NCBI RefSeq assembly: GCF_000315625.1
Contig: NW_005434661.1
Location: 298,878-362,877 of the forward strand
Length of the DNA stretch: 64,000 nucleotides
Source: Guillardia theta CCMP2712
Taxonomy: Eukaryota; Protista; Cryptophyta
Direction of reading: 5' to 3'
Shown: one piece after another, positions 60,186 through 64,000 of the stretch
Layout: each line of letters opens with the position of its first letter
Numbering within the stretch: the first letter of the stretch is position 1
Position numbers and translations under genes: made by a program
The notes under the pieces: model-generated
Seen by the model: the letters and a program-made list of their open reading frames with translations, nothing else
Databases searched by the model: none
What the model was told of the DNA's origin: nothing

Positions 60186-62332
60186 TCATCTCGAAGGCCG
60201 GACAACGGAGACGAGCATGTTCTTGATCGTCATATCGTTCCTCATCACCTGAGCTTTCATGTCTGTTATTCTCAGCGTCTCCTCTTGGATCGACTCTTCT
60301 ATGCTCTGCGTGCCATAGCATGTCACATTGGGGTCTCCAGGAGCGAGGCAGGAAAGACAAACCTGTAGTTGTGAATATAGCTTTTCAAGCTCAACTTCGC
60401 TCTTCTTCTCCTCTTCATCCAGCAGGATGGTCTGCTTTTCTTTGTCCTTCATCCAGAATTCCATTTCCTTGGTCATGTTGTCCAGGTCCTGACACATCAG
60501 CCTGTGAGTTGCGAAGTAATCACACGACAGCTTCTACCTCCTGTAGATAATCCATGGAACGTGCAAGGGGATTCGTACTCTGACAGAGGGCTTGGATCGC
60601 CTCCCTTAACTTGTTCATCTCCTCCTGGGAGACAGCTGTGAGCTCAAAGCAAGAGGGAGCGCGCTGCCTATCCTTGCCTGTGTGCGTTTCTTGTCATTCA
60701 GCTTCTCATGCTCTGCAATGGAGACGCTCTCGCTCTTCACAGCAGAATCTCCTGCAATATCCGCCTCGACTGCCAGCATGTTTCGTACAAGCATTCCATG
60801 CTCGTCAGCATGTTTCCCGCTCAACTGATTCGAGGCTGTGCTAGCAGGAGCCATCCCCCCCGCCGATCCAAGAAAGCCGTCATCGTCATCGTCATCGTTC
60901 GCGTCTCCCTCAGCAATCACTTTAGCCGCCTGTCTGTTCTGTTGTTTCGAGTCCGGTCTTGTGTCCTTGACAGTCACATTGGTCTGGACCTGGCGGAAGT
61001 TTCGCAGCAAGTCAGGCTTTCGATCGCTCGCTTCCGATGAATCGTGAAGTTCACCTTTGGTGGTGCACGGAGTGCGGTCCTGGGACGCTCGAGCCTTCTT
61101 GACGAGCCGAGATCTTCGTCCTGATTGAAAGTCAGGCAGTGCCATCGGTGCAACTGCATCCTCACTTGGCTCGCAGGTGCTGCTGCGGCTGGAGCAGGCT
61201 CGGGTTCCTTAGCCTCCTTCGCTTTGGATGGGCGTGTGGATGTTGCCAGCTCGGGCTCGCTGGCTTCCTGCGCTTTCCGCGAGCGCGGCTTTCTCTGTTG
61301 CTGTTCATCGGAAGCAGGAGCAGAGTGTTCGTCCGCAGATGGAGCAGGAGGTTCTTCTACAGGCTTCTGCTTTGGCCTCTCTTGCCTAACAAGCAGTTCA
61401 GCACACGTGCAACGGAGCATATCTCATACGCACTTGGGAGCTTCGCTGGGGGGAGGAGGCTTTTCCTGTGGAGGAGGAGCCTTCTTTTCTTCCGCCGCTG
61501 GCTTCCCACCCCCACCACTCGCTGCCACTGCGAGAGCCTGAAATCTCACAAGTAAGAACTGATCCTCCTCAGTAGCCTCCTCGACCACAACAGGTTCGAC
61601 CTGTAGCAAGGCATTCGTGTTCTCCGGCTCCAGCCCAGCAACGATCTTTAGTGGTCGGACAGTGACGGGCCCCACTGCATCAGAGACGGCTCCGATGACC
61701 TTGTTGAGCCAAGCGACCTGACCTCAAGAAATGATTGACGACAATTTCCTGGCAATGAGAAAGACCTTCGACTCTTTGTCCTTAAAGTTCCCAGAGTCAA
61801 GGTCGAAATCTGTCAGTACATCGGATGAAGGAAATCCGGTGACCTTCGCACAAAAGATCAGTTCTGCTGCATGAATAATCGAGGAAAGAATCTTACTCTT
61901 TTAACTTCAGTAACGATATCATGCAAGAAGCGAAAAGGAGGCTTCTTCAACAAGTTTTCTGTGAGCTTAGGCTGCAAATTTGCGAAATTCAAAAACGGAT
62001 GAAGGAATGCAAAAGTTGTGTGATGCAAGTATGATCTTCAATACGAGCATGATGGCACATCATTTCAATGGTAAAATGAATGCAATAAACATGAAACACA
62101 ACGTATGAGTGATGCCTTTCTTGTCGAGAAGGAGCAAGCAGGGGTGGCGGGAATGCAACCATGGGAGATGTTGGGGCTGGGCATGGTCGAGAGAGAAACA
62201 GAGATCAGGAAGAGAGGGGAGTAGCCGATGGAGACTATGAGCATGAGTATGACAAGCATGTTGTCGGCATGCCTTCTGAATGATGGCGCCCAGCGTTTTC
62301 TGCGTCTCCGCCACAGCCGCGTCCAACTCCAT
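60186..62332 (-). CDS. IFT54: Intraflagellar transport protein IFT54 (TRAF3IP1/MIP-T3)
   Basis: [31 protein letters not shown]; [16 protein letters not shown]; [13 protein letters not shown]; HGMLVRNM; [32 protein letters not shown]. Confidence 0.95.
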
Positions 62333-62376
62333 TTCGAAACAACTGATATTGACGGTTACAAACCGTTACTCTATGA

Positions 62377-64000
62377 ATGAAGGGAAATGAGGGGGATGAG
62401 TTGCGGCTCATAGGTTTTAGGTCTGCCGGAATGCAGGGACTGGTGGCGGCGTCGTGCATGCGTGCGGCGGCGATGCTGATGCTAGTGTGCGGTATCATGT
62501 CGGAGGAGGCAGTCAGGAGCGTTCCCTCCCTCCTCCCCCAGCCACAGAGCATCAAACTCTTCGATGGTCCTCCTCTCAAGGTGACCTGCTGGCTGGCCCG
62601 CTGCCGTGTAGTCTTGTTGATGGAGGTTGCAGGTGGTGGGCTCGACGGTGTGCATCTTTAGGCCGGAGGAGGCGGAGAGCTTGGAGGACACGTCTTCTCG
62701 CTTCTACAAGAACGTGAAGAGAGCTTCTCCTAGAGACGTCGAGCTGCTCTTTGGTGGTCACGACGTCAAGCATCCTTTGGCGACAGGTTGCTCGCGGGAT
62801 GAGGAGGATAAGGTTCGCCCACTTTGATTGCCTGGTAGGAAACATGGACTCCTGACATGTCGCTACAGTTTCTTATCCAGCTGAAGATCTTGGACGTCCG
62901 CAAACGAAAATCCAAAGCTCTTGCCAAACTGCTCCTCTCTCACGAGTCGTACAAGCTGACGGCCCGGAACAACACGGTAGTGATAGCGAGCTACTACGAG
63001 GAAGGCTTGTTCCGAGGGTACCAGACCCTCCTGCAGCTCTTTGAGTCCGCCGGATGGGATGGGAGCTCTAAGAGCTGGATAGGCACCGCGATCGATCAAC
63101 TGGAAATCACAGACTGGCCTTTGTTGGCCAATCGCGGCGTCATGCTCGACATATCCAGGAATCGCGTCCACACGCTTGAGACCTTCATGGGCATCATCGA
63201 CATGCTGGCTAGGGTCAAGATCAACCAGCTGCAGTTGTACACAGAGCACACGTTTGCCTTCGAGAACCACAGTCGGGTCTGGAAGGACACAGGGGCTCTC
63301 AACGGCTCCGAGGTCCTTCTCCTTGCCGAGTACGCGCATGAGAGGTACATCAAGTTGGTTCCGAACCAGCAGGTCCTGTCGTCCCTTCGGGGGATGCATG
63401 CATTGCTGACGGTGATTCTGCAACCAGTCGTTCGGGCACATGCAACACTGGTTGAAGCACGATGAGTACAAGCACCTGGCCGAGCACGAGCCCGGCTCCG
63501 ACCGGTATGTTGAGTCCTTTGACGCCATGGTGAGTTGAAGTGTCTGACGTCCTCTCCTCAGCCTCTGGACGTTCGAGTTCTGCTGTTCGCTCTTCTCGGA
63601 CCGTGAGAAGCTCCCGTACAGTCTGGCGCCAGACGCCAACTCTGTCCAGTTCCTGGACTCTCTTTACGGGGAGCTCTTCAAAGCCTTTCCATACTCTGAG
63701 TGAGTGTCTTCTTTTTCAGGATTGTCTGTCTTTCTCAATAGTGTCTTTCCTTCCCTAGAGTGTCTTTCTTTCCTAAGATTTCTCGGATTCTTGCGATTCT
63801 GATCTGGACAACACTGCAGGAACATAAACATTGGATTCGATGAGACGTACGACCTTGGCATGGGGAAGAGCAGGCAGGCGGTAGCGCGGCAGGGGCAGCA
63901 CCACGTGTACCTGGAGTTTCTCGAAGAGGTCGTTGGTGTGCTGAAGAAGTACAACAAGAGCGCCATGTTCTGGTATGAGATGCTGTGCGACATTTGAAGT
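62377..64000 (+). CDS. Glycoside hydrolase family 20 beta-N-acetylhexosaminidase, partial (runs off window end)
   Basis: LLPQPQ; EGLFRGYQTLLQL; ITDWP...RGVMLDISR; KINQLQLYTEH; LVPNQQSFGH; NIGFDETYDLG (catalytic DE); signal-peptide-like N-terminus. Confidence 0.92.

Overview
Eukaryotic nuclear DNA, gene-dense, with many short (~45-60 nt) spliceosomal introns, some longer introns filled with simple repeats, and one 100-N assembly gap. Because of the introns the supplied ORF track is fragmentary, so I rebuilt gene models by manual splicing; exon boundaries are approximate. Signal peptides followed by Phe (bipartite plastid targeting) plus a flagellar IFT gene suggest a flagellate alga with a red secondary plastid, most likely a cryptophyte such as Guillardia (inference). 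About 26 genes are visible. Recognisable ones: mago nashi, Mad2, an aldo-keto reductase, a PhnP-like metallo-beta-lactamase, an ABC1 kinase, TRM6, a DHHC palmitoyltransferase, plastid RlmH, an SDMT-like methyltransferase, IFT54 and a GH20 hexosaminidase. The most unusual items are: a head-to-head pair of paralogous SAM-domain + 4-TM proteins; an ankyrin-repeat protein fused to a bacterial-type caspase domain lacking the catalytic Cys; a RING+PHD protein with a signal peptide (candidate nucleomorph import); a large Tudor+KH protein with 58-aa tandem repeats; an MDR-WW-PDZ fusion; a UBL-TPR-SGNH protein; and intergenic islands built from homotypic clusters of short motifs. No rRNA, tRNA, CRISPR array or intact transposon was recognised.
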